From NCBI GenBank assembly GCA_963789965.1, contig CAWBMO010000006.1, positions 402,136-466,135 on the forward strand: DNA of 64,000 nt, given 5' to 3'. This document shows, piece by piece, positions 18,378 through 27,870 of the stretch. Positions within the stretch are counted from its first letter, which is position 1. The number at the start of each line of letters is the position of its first letter. The notes below the pieces were generated by a model. It had not been told where the DNA came from and did not search any database. It saw nothing but the letters and a program-made list of their open reading frames with translations. The translations under genes were made by a program, and so were the position numbers. The DNA comes from an uncultured Acidobacteriota bacterium. Lineage in GTDB: Bacteria; Acidobacteriota; Vicinamibacteria; Vicinamibacterales; CAVVIG01.

Positions 18378-18833
18378 CTAGTCCGGTGTCGGTTGCTCCA
18401 CGCGATCGATCACAAGGACTTCCACCGGACCTCGCTGCGATTGCAACCGAAGGCCGAGGTTTTCTTGCAGGACGGTGAAGATTGAAGGGCCATCTGGATC
18501 AATTGGTTGGCTGTCCGACGGGATTAGACGAGGTGGGGGTATCTGATCCGGCGTGTATCTCAGATCGACGTCAAAGTTACCAGCAAGACCAGTCTGATTG
18601 ATGACCGGGCGTCCCACTGTCTGGGATAGGGCCCTCGCCAATTGATCCATGCTGGCCCCGAGCGCAAACATTCGGCCTGGTAGGTTTCTGACGCTACACG
18701 TTATCAGCGGCGCATTAGGTGGGGGCGGAGGTCCGCCGATCGGAGCCTTTGCGCTTAGTGCGGCACAATCTGCGGCGGATTTGGCAAGGCCCCGACCAAT
18801 CTGAGTTCCTTCCGCTGAAAAGGAAGGCGACAA
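18378..18833 (-). pseudogene. TIGR03435-like (soil-associated) protein, C-terminal portion only
   Basis: VINQTGLAGNFDVDL...GPSIFTVLQENLGLRLQSQRGPVEVLVIDRVEQP matches my memory of the TIGR03435 C-terminus. The ORF is short (151 aa), with a non-homologous-looking N-terminus only 38 nt from the divergent padR. Confidence 0.5.
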
Positions 18834-18871
18834 TCTTGCGTTCGCGATGTTTCTTCTATATCATGGAGTAA

Positions 18872-19207
18872 ATGGGAAGCCGATTCTTCCTGGGCACTTT
18901 CGACCTGATGATTCTCTTGGCGCTCATGAGGCTGGGCGACTCCGCCTATGGCGTGCCGATCTCGAGAGAGATCGAAGAGACCAGCGGCCGGGTGGTGGCG
19001 CTAGCCACGTTATATGCCACGCTGACACGGCTGGAACAGAAGGGACTCGTCTCCTCCCAACTGGGTGAACCGACCGCTGAGCGCGGCGGCCGGGCGAAGC
19101 GGTATTTTCGCGTCACGGCCAAGGGCCTTCGCGAGGTCCGCGACGCGCAACGCGTGTTCACGTCGCTGTGGAGCGGTATCCCGAGGCTCAAAGGAGGTGT
19201 AGCGTGA
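18872..19207 (+). CDS. padR: PadR-family transcriptional regulator (third PadR in the window)
   Basis: FDLMILLALMRLGDSAYGVPI...LYATLTRLEQKGLV PadR signature. Confidence 0.85.
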   Translation: MGSRFFLGTFDLMILLALMRLGDSAYGVPISREIEETSGRVVALATLYATLTRLEQKGLVSSQLGEPTAERGGRAKRYFRVTAKGLREVRDAQRVFTSLWSGIPRLKGGVA

Positions 19208-20043
19208 CCGACGTTCGGCCCCCTGCGCTCGCGACCTGGCTTCTGAAGCACGCAGCCCGCGGGAACGACGCCCTCGTCGGCGACCTCCTCGAGGAACATC
19301 GTCGGGGACGATCCGTGGCCTGGTATTGGAGACAGGTGCTGATGGCCGTTGTCGTCACTCTTTCGAGAGAGGCCTTTCTGGTTCTTGGCGTCGTGGCCCT
19401 GTTTCTCATTGGCAGTCGGTTCTCCGTCCCGGGTGCACACGCCGACACACTGACACTCCTCGCGAGCCGGGCCGCAGGCACGCCGTTCGGTCTGCTCAGC
19501 ATTCTCACGGGAGGTCAACTCTCAGGGGTCACAGTCTTTGCGCTCGGCATCATGCCCTATGTCAGCGCGGCGCTCATCGTGCAGGCGTTTGCTCTCGCCT
19601 GGCGGTTGCTGAACCGCAACGCGAGGAAGCGGCGGGACGTGCCTGTCGTCGCCGTGACATGGTGCGTGGCGATTCTGCTGTGCGCGCTCCAGGCCATCGG
19701 ACTCGCACTGTTTCTGGAGCGCACGTCGGCGATCAATCAAGGACTGAGCATCGTCGCCAACCCGGGGGGAATGTTCCGGATGACGACACTCGTCACGCTC
19801 ATGGCCGGCACAACGAGCCTTATGCTCATCAGCGATCAGATCTCCAAGCGTCGCCTTGGCAACGGCATGTTGCTCGTGTTCGTTGCTGGAGTCGTCGCGG
19901 GTTTGTTTGGCACGCTCGTGCCGCTCCTAACGGGACAGATGGATCCGTGGGCCGTGCTGACATACGCAGCCCTGCACATCGCGATTGTCGGCATCGTGTC
20001 GCACGGTTATCGCCGCGAGATCGCGCCGGTCGAACCTGCGTAG
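19204..20043 (+). CDS. PadR-coupled membrane protein whose body is homologous to the N-terminal half (TM1-TM6) of SecY
   Basis: GTG 19204 overlaps the padR stop (GTGA). [17 protein letters not shown] resembles the SecY [16 protein letters not shown] block. [27 protein letters not shown] resembles [27 protein letters not shown]. The ORF stops just after the TM6 RREI position. Confidence 0.7.
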   Translation: [279 protein letters not shown]

Positions 20044-20479
20044 GGGCGAGCACTGTACGCAGGTGCCGTGAAGGCGGCCATGAGAGCCGCGGTGGACGCA
20101 CGTAACGCCCTGGAAAACGGCTGTCGCCGCGGTCAGGTGAAGACGCCTTACTCAAGAAGGCCTCTCGGTAAATCCGCAGCGGGATCGGACGCCCTCAAGG
20201 CCTGACTGATGCCAGCGGTGGCCGCGTGAGACCAAGCAGAACCAAGAAGCGCGGGACGCGGGCACCGACAGACCCGCCCTCCGCCTGCAGGTGGCCCTGT
20301 CACTGACCTTCTCTTCTCCCGCCCGTGTCCGCCCCACACAGCGTCCCTCATCCTCAACGCCTCTTGGCGAGCGCCGTTACAAGGCGTTCGCGGGGGCCGT
20401 CCATGCCGGTCCATGCGTGGTTGTGGTCCTGTCGGACATAGCGGACGAACCCTCCGATAGATAGAATCGCACTCCCAGT

Positions 20480-21637
20480 ATGGCGGTCCACTTCTTCAAT
20501 AGGATTTATCTGGACTCTGAGCCTCTTACAGCGTCAGGCTGGCCGCGAGTGTCAGTCACACTCAAAAGTCTGCTATCGGTGGCCACCGGCCCGCTGCCCT
20601 TCAGTCTCTATCTTCCTGACGCTGTGCAAATGGAGCAGGAGGCGCAATTCCTGCGAGATTACTCGAAGGTGATAGCTGCGCTATCCAAGGCACCCAGAGC
20701 ACTGAACGCATTCCGCGCCCGAATCGGAGAGGCGGATTTCGAGATCGCGTTGCCGCCATCCATAGATGTTGTCCTGGGGCAATATCGAGCGCGCATTCAG
20801 GCAGCCAGGGAGCAGTGGCAGCTCCAGCCGGTGCCTCTGACCGGCCGCCCCACTACCGAGGTGTTCCAGCTATTGCTGGAACGACAGAAACCCTTCGAGG
20901 AAGACGGGAGCGGATTGGGCGACGCATTGATCTACCTCTCGGTAGTCGATCATCTGCATCAGTCCCCCGAGGCCGCAGGTGTGCTCGTCACCGCCGACGG
21001 ACATTTCAAAGGCGCGCAAGCTCTAGCCGATGCGTCAGGGGTTCGGCTCGCTGCGCTGTCGCTGGATGAAACTATCGCAGCGATTCGGGAGAGATTCACG
21101 GCGGCAGTCCGAGCCTTTGTGCAAAGCATTGAGGCTCAGGCGAAGGAGGCAGTCGAGAACAATCGCGAAATGCTGACCGCATACCTGACGGCGAATGTGG
21201 AGATTCCTCCATTCGCGTTCACGTCTCTTGGCGAAACACTAGTGAGCCCGACCGGGATTGAAATTCTTGCAATTGAACGTGTCCAGGTCACCCCAGTCCT
21301 GCCCGCTACCGATCAACAAGCGTCTCTGAGCATGCGATTAAGGGCGCTGCTGCGCCTGAAGGTCGAAGTGGCGATTCATCCACCGATGCCGCCACTGAAG
21401 ATCGGTCAAACAAGTGCTGACCAGCAAGAGGAACTGGTGCGGGCCTATCTGCTTGAAGCACTAGGCGATCAGCCCGTCGTCAAGCGTGAAATTCGAGACA
21501 AAGAAGTGAAGGTAAGCGTAGAGGTAGAAGCGACAGCACAGCGCGAGGCCGCCGGATTTGCCAATTTGACTTGGACAGCAGCGCGTCTCGTGGATTCCAG
21601 CGGGGCCCTTACGGGACTTCGCAGCCTGCTTCCTTAG
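20480..21637 (+). CDS. PIN-like domain protein (DUF4935-like) with a long unknown C-terminal region
   Basis: IYLDSEPL near the N-terminus, then GDALIYLSVVDH and VLVTADGHF, which is a PIN-type acidic-residue pattern. Confidence 0.55.
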   Translation: MAVHFFNRIYLDSEPLTASGWPRVSVTLKSLLSVATGPLPFSLYLPDAVQMEQEAQFLRDYSKVIAALSKAPRALNAFRARIGEADFEIALPPSIDVVLGQYRARIQAAREQWQLQPVPLTGRPTTEVFQLLLERQKPFEEDGSGLGDALIYLSVVDHLHQSPEAAGVLVTADGHFKGAQALADASGVRLAALSLDETIAAIRERFTAAVRAFVQSIEAQAKEAVENNREMLTAYLTANVEIPPFAFTSLGETLVSPTGIEILAIERVQVTPVLPATDQQASLSMRLRALLRLKVEVAIHPPMPPLKIGQTSADQQEELVRAYLLEALGDQPVVKREIRDKEVKVSVEVEATAQREAAGFANLTWTAARLVDSSGALTGLRSLLP

Positions 21638-21725
21638 TCGCTACAGCTTTCATCGTCAACGGTTGACAACAAGTGGTGCGACAGAAGGCCACAATTCAGA
21701 GGAACAAAACTCAGTGACTATCGGT

Positions 21726-21743
21726 CTTACATTATGTAAGTCA
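21726..21743. repeat. CTTACATTATGTAAGTCA palindrome (second copy of the core of the 18139 element)
   Basis: Matches 18201-18218 at 17 of 18 positions, and the flanks (~15 nt each side) are also similar. It abuts the stop of the truncated transposase ORF. Confidence 0.6.
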
Positions 21744-22187
21744 AGTGCTGGGAAACCCACCAATCCAGGTGTCATCGATTTCGACATCTCCATACAGCGG
21801 CTCTCGCGCGGCATTGACCATTGCCCGGCGCAGCTTGTGGAGCATCATCCACGCGGTTTCGTAGCGGCGCAGGCCGAGCTGGCGTTGGAGCAAGAGCGCG
21901 GACACGCCGCGCTTGTCGGTCGTCATCAGATAGGCGGCCCAAAACCAGTGCGTCAGCGGGGTCTTCGTGTTGTGCAGCACCGTTCCGGCCGTCAGCGAGA
22001 CCTGATGCCGGCACCCGGCGCACTGCCACCGTCGATTCGCCACGGGGTACGCACGGCGGTGTGCGCAGCGCGGGCAACTGAAGCCCTCGGGCCAACGACA
22101 GGCGGCCAGGTACTGCTGGCAGGCCTCCTCGCTGGCAAATTGGCGTTGAAATTCGCGCACGTTCCTCGGAAACGGCGGGCGCGGCAC
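21741..22187 (-). mobile_element. IS1595-family transposase, N-terminal fragment (zinc-ribbon/HTH part only; DDE domain missing)
   Basis: FASEEACQQYLAACRWPEGFSCPRCAH...WQCAGCRHQVSLTAGTVLHNTKTPLTHWFWAAYL...VEIDDTWIGG is typical of the IS1595 N-terminus. The ORF ends 4 codons after WIGG. Confidence 0.8.
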
Positions 22188-22284
22188 GCGCCTACACTAC
22201 AAATAGTGGCGTGCTGAAACAACCGGATAAGCAGGAGCATGCCTAACCAGCTTGTTCTCTAAATGCTCTGTCAGGCTGGGCCAT

Positions 22285-22623
22285 TTAGCCAACACGTTCC
22301 GACCGGAAGTGGTTGGCCCACGCTTCTACGCCTTCCATTCGACGAGTGATTTCGTACACGGTCCCGACCAATTCCCGTTGCACGCGCTGACCATCCCGAC
22401 CGGAGTCAATGCGCGTTTCGATGGCATCGATCGCCTCCTGGACGAGCTGGCGAAGGCGGACCATGTTCCCCGACGTCAAGCGTTCAGGAGGCGAGTCCTG
22501 CACAGCGCCCATGAGACTCACCAAGTGCGCGAGTCTGCTCGTGAAATGGACGTGAACCTGTTCTGCGCGCAGCTGTCTCACAGCCTCTTCAATCTCGCCG
22601 ATCAGTAACGAGTCTCGCACCAT
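22285..22623 (-). CDS. Hypothetical helical protein (112 aa)
   Basis: ATG 22623 is preceded by AAGGGGG. Composition is more protein-like than the overlapping plus-strand ORF 22252-22608. Confidence 0.4.
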   Translation of the reverse strand: MVRDSLLIGEIEEAVRQLRAEQVHVHFTSRLAHLVSLMGAVQDSPPERLTSGNMVRLRQLVQEAIDAIETRIDSGRDGQRVQRELVGTVYEITRRMEGVEAWANHFRSERVG

Positions 22624-22702
22624 CCGCCCCCTTTCCAAGGACGCCGCACGTCAATACGTGGCTGACGTGGTTGTGCTGCCTGTCATCGTGAGCTCGTGTC
22701 GG

Positions 22703-23212
22703 TCACGGCATGTTCCCGACCCGTCCGATCACCCGGCTGTTGTGCCAGACGAGCCACCCGTTCGCGAGATTGATCCCGATCATCGTCCACACCGCACGCT
22801 TCGGATGATCACTCCAGACCTGTTCCGTCAACAGCACCGTCGTCGCGGTCGTGGCCGCTTTGAGGCCGACCAACGCGTACGGATTGTGAGCGGCTGATCG
22901 CATCATCGGATTCTTTTCCACGGCCCCGTGTCGGACTCCCCAGAGTGTCATGTACGCGTCGGCCGTCGCGAGCCCGGCGAGGCTGGCATACAACGGGACG
23001 AGCGGTCTGGGACGTCGTGGCAGGTCGCCGACCACGACGACTCGGACGATGGGAACCGTCGCCGTGTCCGCGCTCTGGTGCTCGGAAGCGGTTTGACTCT
23101 CAACATCCTTCACGCTCTGGGCAAGCGAGGGCGAATACAGGACCGTACTCAACATGAGCAGCCCTGATACGCGACGACCTACCGACCCGACGTGTTCTGG
23201 CAGCGATTTCAT
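22703..23212 (-). CDS. DUF5658-like small membrane protein
   Basis: ATADAYMTLWGVRHGAVEKNPMM (D..T....G..E.NP pattern) plus hydrophobic helices. Start chosen at ATG 23212 (MKSLPEH). Confidence 0.45.
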   Translation of the reverse strand: MKSLPEHVGSVGRRVSGLLMLSTVLYSPSLAQSVKDVESQTASEHQSADTATVPIVRVVVVGDLPRRPRPLVPLYASLAGLATADAYMTLWGVRHGAVEKNPMMRSAAHNPYALVGLKAATTATTVLLTEQVWSDHPKRAVWTMIGINLANGWLVWHNSRVIGRVGNMP

Positions 23213-23411
23213 GGTTCGCGTGAAGGGCAAGCGCTGTACCGTCGGATACGAGCGGGTGCGAGAACACGGCTTCACAGGGTTGCATGGACTGTCAACGTTG
23301 CCGCGGAGTGGTGCGCGAGTTATTTCCGTGCCTCGCAGAAAATTTCGCGTGCGGAAACCGTAACCGGGAACGGGCGCCTCTCTCTTTGGACAGGTCCTAA
23401 GCGATTTTGAC

Positions 23412-23481
23412 GGATGAACCCCCCTGGTCCTGCTTCTTATGGTCGAGGCTTCTGGGCGTTTCCGCAGATGAACCCCATGCA
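23412..23481. repeat. Dispersed repeat family D copies (direct pair)
   Basis: GGATGAACCCCC at 23412-23423 and GATGAACCCCATGCA at 23467-23481. Confidence 0.5.
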
Positions 23482-23545
23482 TGCATACCGAACACTCATC
23501 GCGCTGAACCCAAGTCCGGGCGCTGGCCGTGTTCTCGGGATTCCA

Positions 23546-25264
23546 TCAACGTTTGTCCGGCGTCACGACTTTCAGCGGCAGTTCCTGCGCAGTGGTATCG
23601 CGAAGCTCGAGTTTCTGTGCGTCGCGGCGAAGGGACTCCAGAAAGTCTGGGTCGTTCCAGAGCCCGTCTTCGACATAATCCAACGCGATCGCCAGGTAGT
23701 CCCCCGCCGGCAATCCTTTGACCTGATAGCGCCCTTGTTGATCCGGGCGCACGGCCCGCACCGCCCGCGACGCGAACGCCCATTTCTCCGCGTCATCGGC
23801 AAAAATAACGATAGTCGCATCGCTGACCGGGCGACCTTTTTCATCGGTGGTCTGCCCCGAGACTGTCGTCACCTGGTCCGTGATGGTCACCTCGACGTCA
23901 GACATGACGTCGCCATTGTTCAAATCAAGCGGCGTATCAGTGATATCGAGTCCATGGTGAACGATCGACTTCACCATCCAGTCATCTGGCAAGGTCACCC
24001 TGACGGGTGAGCGGCCGAATATGCCCTTGATCGAAAATGCTCCATCGGCGTCGACTGGGCTGAAACCCGGATTGCGGTAGACGCCGAGCAGCGCGGGATC
24101 GGGCTGGCCAATAACCGGGTCACCCAGGTTGACCAGGAGCCGAGGAATCTCCGGCACCACTCCGGTGTCTGTGATGACTCGTCCCGTGATGGAACCTCCT
24201 TCGGAACCTGTCAATGTCACATCAGTCAGATCGACACTATCGACCGTAATCGGGACGATCGCGACTTCCGGATGTTCCGGGTCTTTACTGGAAGCAACCA
24301 GCTTGTACTCGCCGGGTGTCACCTCGTGAATATTGAACGACCCATCCGCGGCAACCGGTGCCGTCTTGGCGCCTCCGAATCTGGCGAACCCATCGCCGCG
24401 AATCTCCTCTCGTAACGCAACGGTCGGAAAGGGGCGACCGCGCGAATCGAGCGCCGTTCCGGAAATGGTGGCCGCGCGGCCGGTGACGAGCGAAAAGTCG
24501 GCAGCGCCTTCTGCGCCGAGTCCCAGGGTGACGCGTGCCGCTTCCGCGATGGTCGTCGTCCCAGGGTAGTAGGTGGGTGCGTAGCCCATGACGCGCGCGG
24601 CGCCGTCCGGATTCTCCGTCCACGTCTCACGAGTCGAGGCCATCATGTAGTACGTCCCTGGCGCGAGACCCAGGATTCGATAGAGACCCGTATCGTCTGT
24701 TTGAACAATCCCATTCCCGCTGGGAACGAGCTGACGCTTGCCGTTCAAATATCTCGACCGCATCGCCAGCACGGTCACGCCTGCGATGGGTTCGCCGACT
24801 TCGTCGGTCACACGACCGGCAATGACGCTCATCCGAGGAAGGGCGAAATCCACATCGTCGACCGTTTGGCCCGCCGCTACTTGCAGCACGGCACCCTGTT
24901 CCAGCGGACGTCGCTGGCCGTACTGCAGCGTCAAGTAGCCGCTTCGGTTCACGGTGATGCGGAAGCGGCCAGCCGGCAACTCGCCAATTTCGTAGCGGCC
25001 ATTGGAATCCGTACTGATCGTTCTGGGCGCGCCGGACAATTCCGGCCCTGACAGCGTGACTCGCGCGCGACGTAACGGCCGATGAGTATCGGCGGCCGTA
25101 ATGCGGCCGCGAACCTTCGCGGTGCCCGTTTGAGATGTTGGACGTGAATCACGCGGCGGTGCGCTGACACGAGGTTGCTGAGCCGTCTGGCTCTGAGCAG
25201 CTTGAGGCGCCACCGCGAGCAGTGCGGCAGCAAAGGCGAGCGGCACTGACAAACGTGCTCCCAT
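23546..25264 (-). CDS. Secreted protein with multiple carboxypeptidase-regulatory-like (CarboxypepD_reg) domains
   Basis: Signal peptide MGARLSVPLAFAAALLAVAPQAAQS. Repeated G.V.D..G.P..GA.V...... GRY.I..L.PG.Y blocks. Confidence 0.8.
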   Translation of the reverse strand: MGARLSVPLAFAAALLAVAPQAAQSQTAQQPRVSAPPRDSRPTSQTGTAKVRGRITAADTHRPLRRARVTLSGPELSGAPRTISTDSNGRYEIGELPAGRFRITVNRSGYLTLQYGQRRPLEQGAVLQVAAGQTVDDVDFALPRMSVIAGRVTDEVGEPIAGVTVLAMRSRYLNGKRQLVPSGNGIVQTDDTGLYRILGLAPGTYYMMASTRETWTENPDGAARVMGYAPTYYPGTTTIAEAARVTLGLGAEGAADFSLVTGRAATISGTALDSRGRPFPTVALREEIRGDGFARFGGAKTAPVAADGSFNIHEVTPGEYKLVASSKDPEHPEVAIVPITVDSVDLTDVTLTGSEGGSITGRVITDTGVVPEIPRLLVNLGDPVIGQPDPALLGVYRNPGFSPVDADGAFSIKGIFGRSPVRVTLPDDWMVKSIVHHGLDITDTPLDLNNGDVMSDVEVTITDQVTTVSGQTTDEKGRPVSDATIVIFADDAEKWAFASRAVRAVRPDQQGRYQVKGLPAGDYLAIALDYVEDGLWNDPDFLESLRRDAQKLELRDTTAQELPLKVVTPDKR

Positions 25265-25312
25265 AAATCCACCTTATTGCAAACCACGAGGCGCTGGCCT
25301 TCCAGGCCTCCT

Positions 25313-27750
25313 CTATTCGTATCGCAACGCGGTGACCGGGTCGAGCCGCGTCGCCTGCCACGCGGGCCAGAGACACGCCGTGACCGCAACCATCACCAGG
25401 AGCATTGTGATGGACACCAGCGTCACCGGATCGGCCGGTCCCGTCTGGAACAACATGCTTCGGAGCAGCCTGCCGACGCCGAATGCGCCCGCGAGCCCCA
25501 GCGTCAGGCCAATCGCGAGGTGCATGAGCCCGCGCCGGAGAATCAGCCACGACACCTGTTTCGCTTGTGCCCCGAGCGCCATCCGCACCCCGATTTCCTG
25601 CGTCCGCTGTGTCACTGAATAGGCAGTCACCGCAAACAACCCCACGGCCGCCAGCACGATGGCGATGCCGGCAAAGACCGCGAACATCGTCCCGAACACG
25701 CGAGCGAACCAGCGCTGCTGTGCGAGGTTCTCGTCCATCGTGCGGACGTTGTTGAGCGGCAGGTCTGGATCGAGCGCGAACATTTCCTTCCGAAGCAACG
25801 GGGCGAGCTGTCCGGGATCCGAGCGTCCGCGCACGAGGATCACCGCCTGGACCATCCCGGGATTTTGAAGGTGTGGGAGGTACACGACCGGATCCGGCTC
25901 CGGGTCGTCCTGTGCGCCGCGTTGGCGGACGTTTGGCGCCAGGCCCACAATCGTGACCCAGTCGGATTTGGGCGCAACGGGCGATTCGTCAGTCAGACGA
26001 ATGCGCTGACCGATCGGGTCTGCGTTCGCGAAGTACATCGATGCCAGCCGCTGGTTGACGATGGCGACCTCACGGCCCGGCGTCCCGTCGTTGTCGTCGA
26101 GCGGGCGGCCGCGGACCAGGCGTACGCCGAGCGCATCGAAGTATCGCGGGCCGACGCTGAGCATCGTGACGGTCTGCGGTTTGTCTCCAGGCACCGTCGG
26201 ATTGCCGTCGATCGCCAGTTGCCGCGTGGCGCCGCCGGACAGCGGGATGGTGGATGTCGAACTTGCGCCGGCGACCACGCCGACCGCATTCAGCCGCTCT
26301 TCCACGCGACGGATGAATTCGAGCCGCATCTGCTGGTTGCTGTATTTGCGCGTCGGCATCGTAAATGACATCGTCAACAGGCGCGCCGTCTCGATGCCGG
26401 CTTCCATGCGGTACATATTGAGGAAACTGCGCATCATGAATCCCGCACCCGCGAGCAGCACCAGCGTGAGCGTCAGCTCGGCGACGATGAGCCCGGCCGT
26501 CCACCGACGGGCGCGCAGGCCGCCCGATCCCGAACGTCCCCCTTCCTTGAGCACCTCGTTGACGTTCGTCTTTGAGATGTGCAGTGCCGGCGCGAGGCCG
26601 AACATGATCCCTGTTAGCAGGCACGCGACCGCGAAGAACGCGAAGACGCTTGCATCCAGGTCGAACGTCATCCAATACGGCTTGCCGACATTCTGGGTTT
26701 CGCTGTCGAACCATCGGATCCCCGCGTAGGCGAGTCCGAGACCCACGACGCCGCTGACGACGGCCAGCAGGATGCTCTCGACAAGCAGCTGACGTACGAC
26801 CCGCCACCGGGTCGCACCGAGCGAGATACGAACGGCGATCTCGCGCGTCCGGTGGGCCGCGCGGGCAAGCAGCAGGTTCGCCACGTTCGAGCAGGCGATG
26901 AGCAGCACGAAGAAGACCGCGCCCATCAACGCCCAGAAGATCGTTTTGATCTGCGTTCCCGCAATGCGATCCTGGAACGGTGTCACCTGCGCCGAGATAT
27001 CCTTGTTGGAATCCTGATATTGCGCTGCCAGCTGATCGGAGATGTTTTTCAACTCACTGCGAGCCTGCTCCAGCGTCACGCCGTCGGCGAGGCGGCCGTA
27101 TGCCACGAAGCCCCGATTCTGCCGTGGACCCCGAAACACCGGCGGCCGCTGGGACATCGGCACCCAGACCTGCTGCCCGAACGGCCAGGTCAGGCCATCT
27201 GGCATGACGCCGACCAGAGTCACTGGCAACGCATTGATTCGCACCGCTTTACCGATCACATTGCGATCGCCCGCGTAGCGCGATTTCCAGATAGCGCCAC
27301 TGATCACGGCGACGGCCGGCGCGCCGGGCAAATCGTCCTCCGGCACGAGTCCCCGTCCGAGCTGGGCTTGACGCCGACGACGTCGAACGCGTTGGCCGAG
27401 ATATATCCACCTTGATAGCTTTCGGGCACCAGGTCGTCTGCGCTGATCGCCAGGAATCCGGTTTGGACGAGTGTCATCCCGGTAAAGGTGCGGCTGGCGC
27501 GTCGCCAGTCTTCGAAGTCGTCCACGGACACCCCGAACTGGCGACCGCGCGCGTCCTTCGTGTCTATCCACATGATGCGATCGGGCTGGTCGAAGGGGAG
27601 GCCCCTCAGCAGAACGGCATTCACCAGCGTGAAGACCGCGCTGTTGGCGCCGATGCCGAGCGCCAGCGCGACGATGGCCGCCAACGTGAACCAGCGATCT
27701 TTGACGAGGCGACGAACCGCGAACCGCAGGTCTTGAAAGAGGCTTTGCAT
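25313..27750 (-). pseudogene. MacB/ADOP-type ABC permease (paralog 1) interrupted by one frameshift
   Basis: The N-terminal 148-aa ORF (27304-27750) is good through ANAFDVVGVKP. The 752-aa ORF (25313-27571) is good from QLGRGLVPEDD. The junction lies at a C-run (GGG on plus, 27364-27366). Confidence 0.8.
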
Positions 27751-27764
27751 ATCAGCACGCTTTC

Positions 27765-27870
27765 CGGCTCACGGCTCACGGCTCAAGGCTTAACTGCCTT
27801 AAGTCCTGAGCCCGCCTGAGCCTTGAGTCTTGAGCCCTGAGCCCTGAGCCCTGAGCCCTGAGCCGGAGCC
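27765..27870. repeat. Heptanucleotide tandem repeat (CTGAGCC)n with an inverted (GGCTCAC)3 arm
   Basis: GGCTCAC/GGCTCAA units at 27765-27789. About nine 7-bp units at 27806-27870, including four perfect consecutive CTGAGCC. It lies between the stop of permease paralog 2 and the start of paralog 1. Confidence 0.85.

Noticed and set aside
20044-20479. Missing C-terminal half of SecY, or any CDS or RNA gene, in the gap after the half-SecY ORF.
   Set aside because: No frame shows SecY TM7-10 motifs (for example, the region around PLKVNMAGVIP). No convincing ORF, tRNA-like or repeat structure was seen.
22252-22608. 118-aa plus-strand ORF overlapping 22285-22623(-).
   Set aside because: The minus-strand ORF has an RBS-like AAGGGGG and a more regular helical composition, and only one of the two can be real. 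Both remain low confidence.
27765-27870. Possible CRISPR array (regular short repeats).
   Set aside because: The period is only 7 bp with no unique spacers. It is a microsatellite/hairpin, not a CRISPR array, and no cas genes are in the window.
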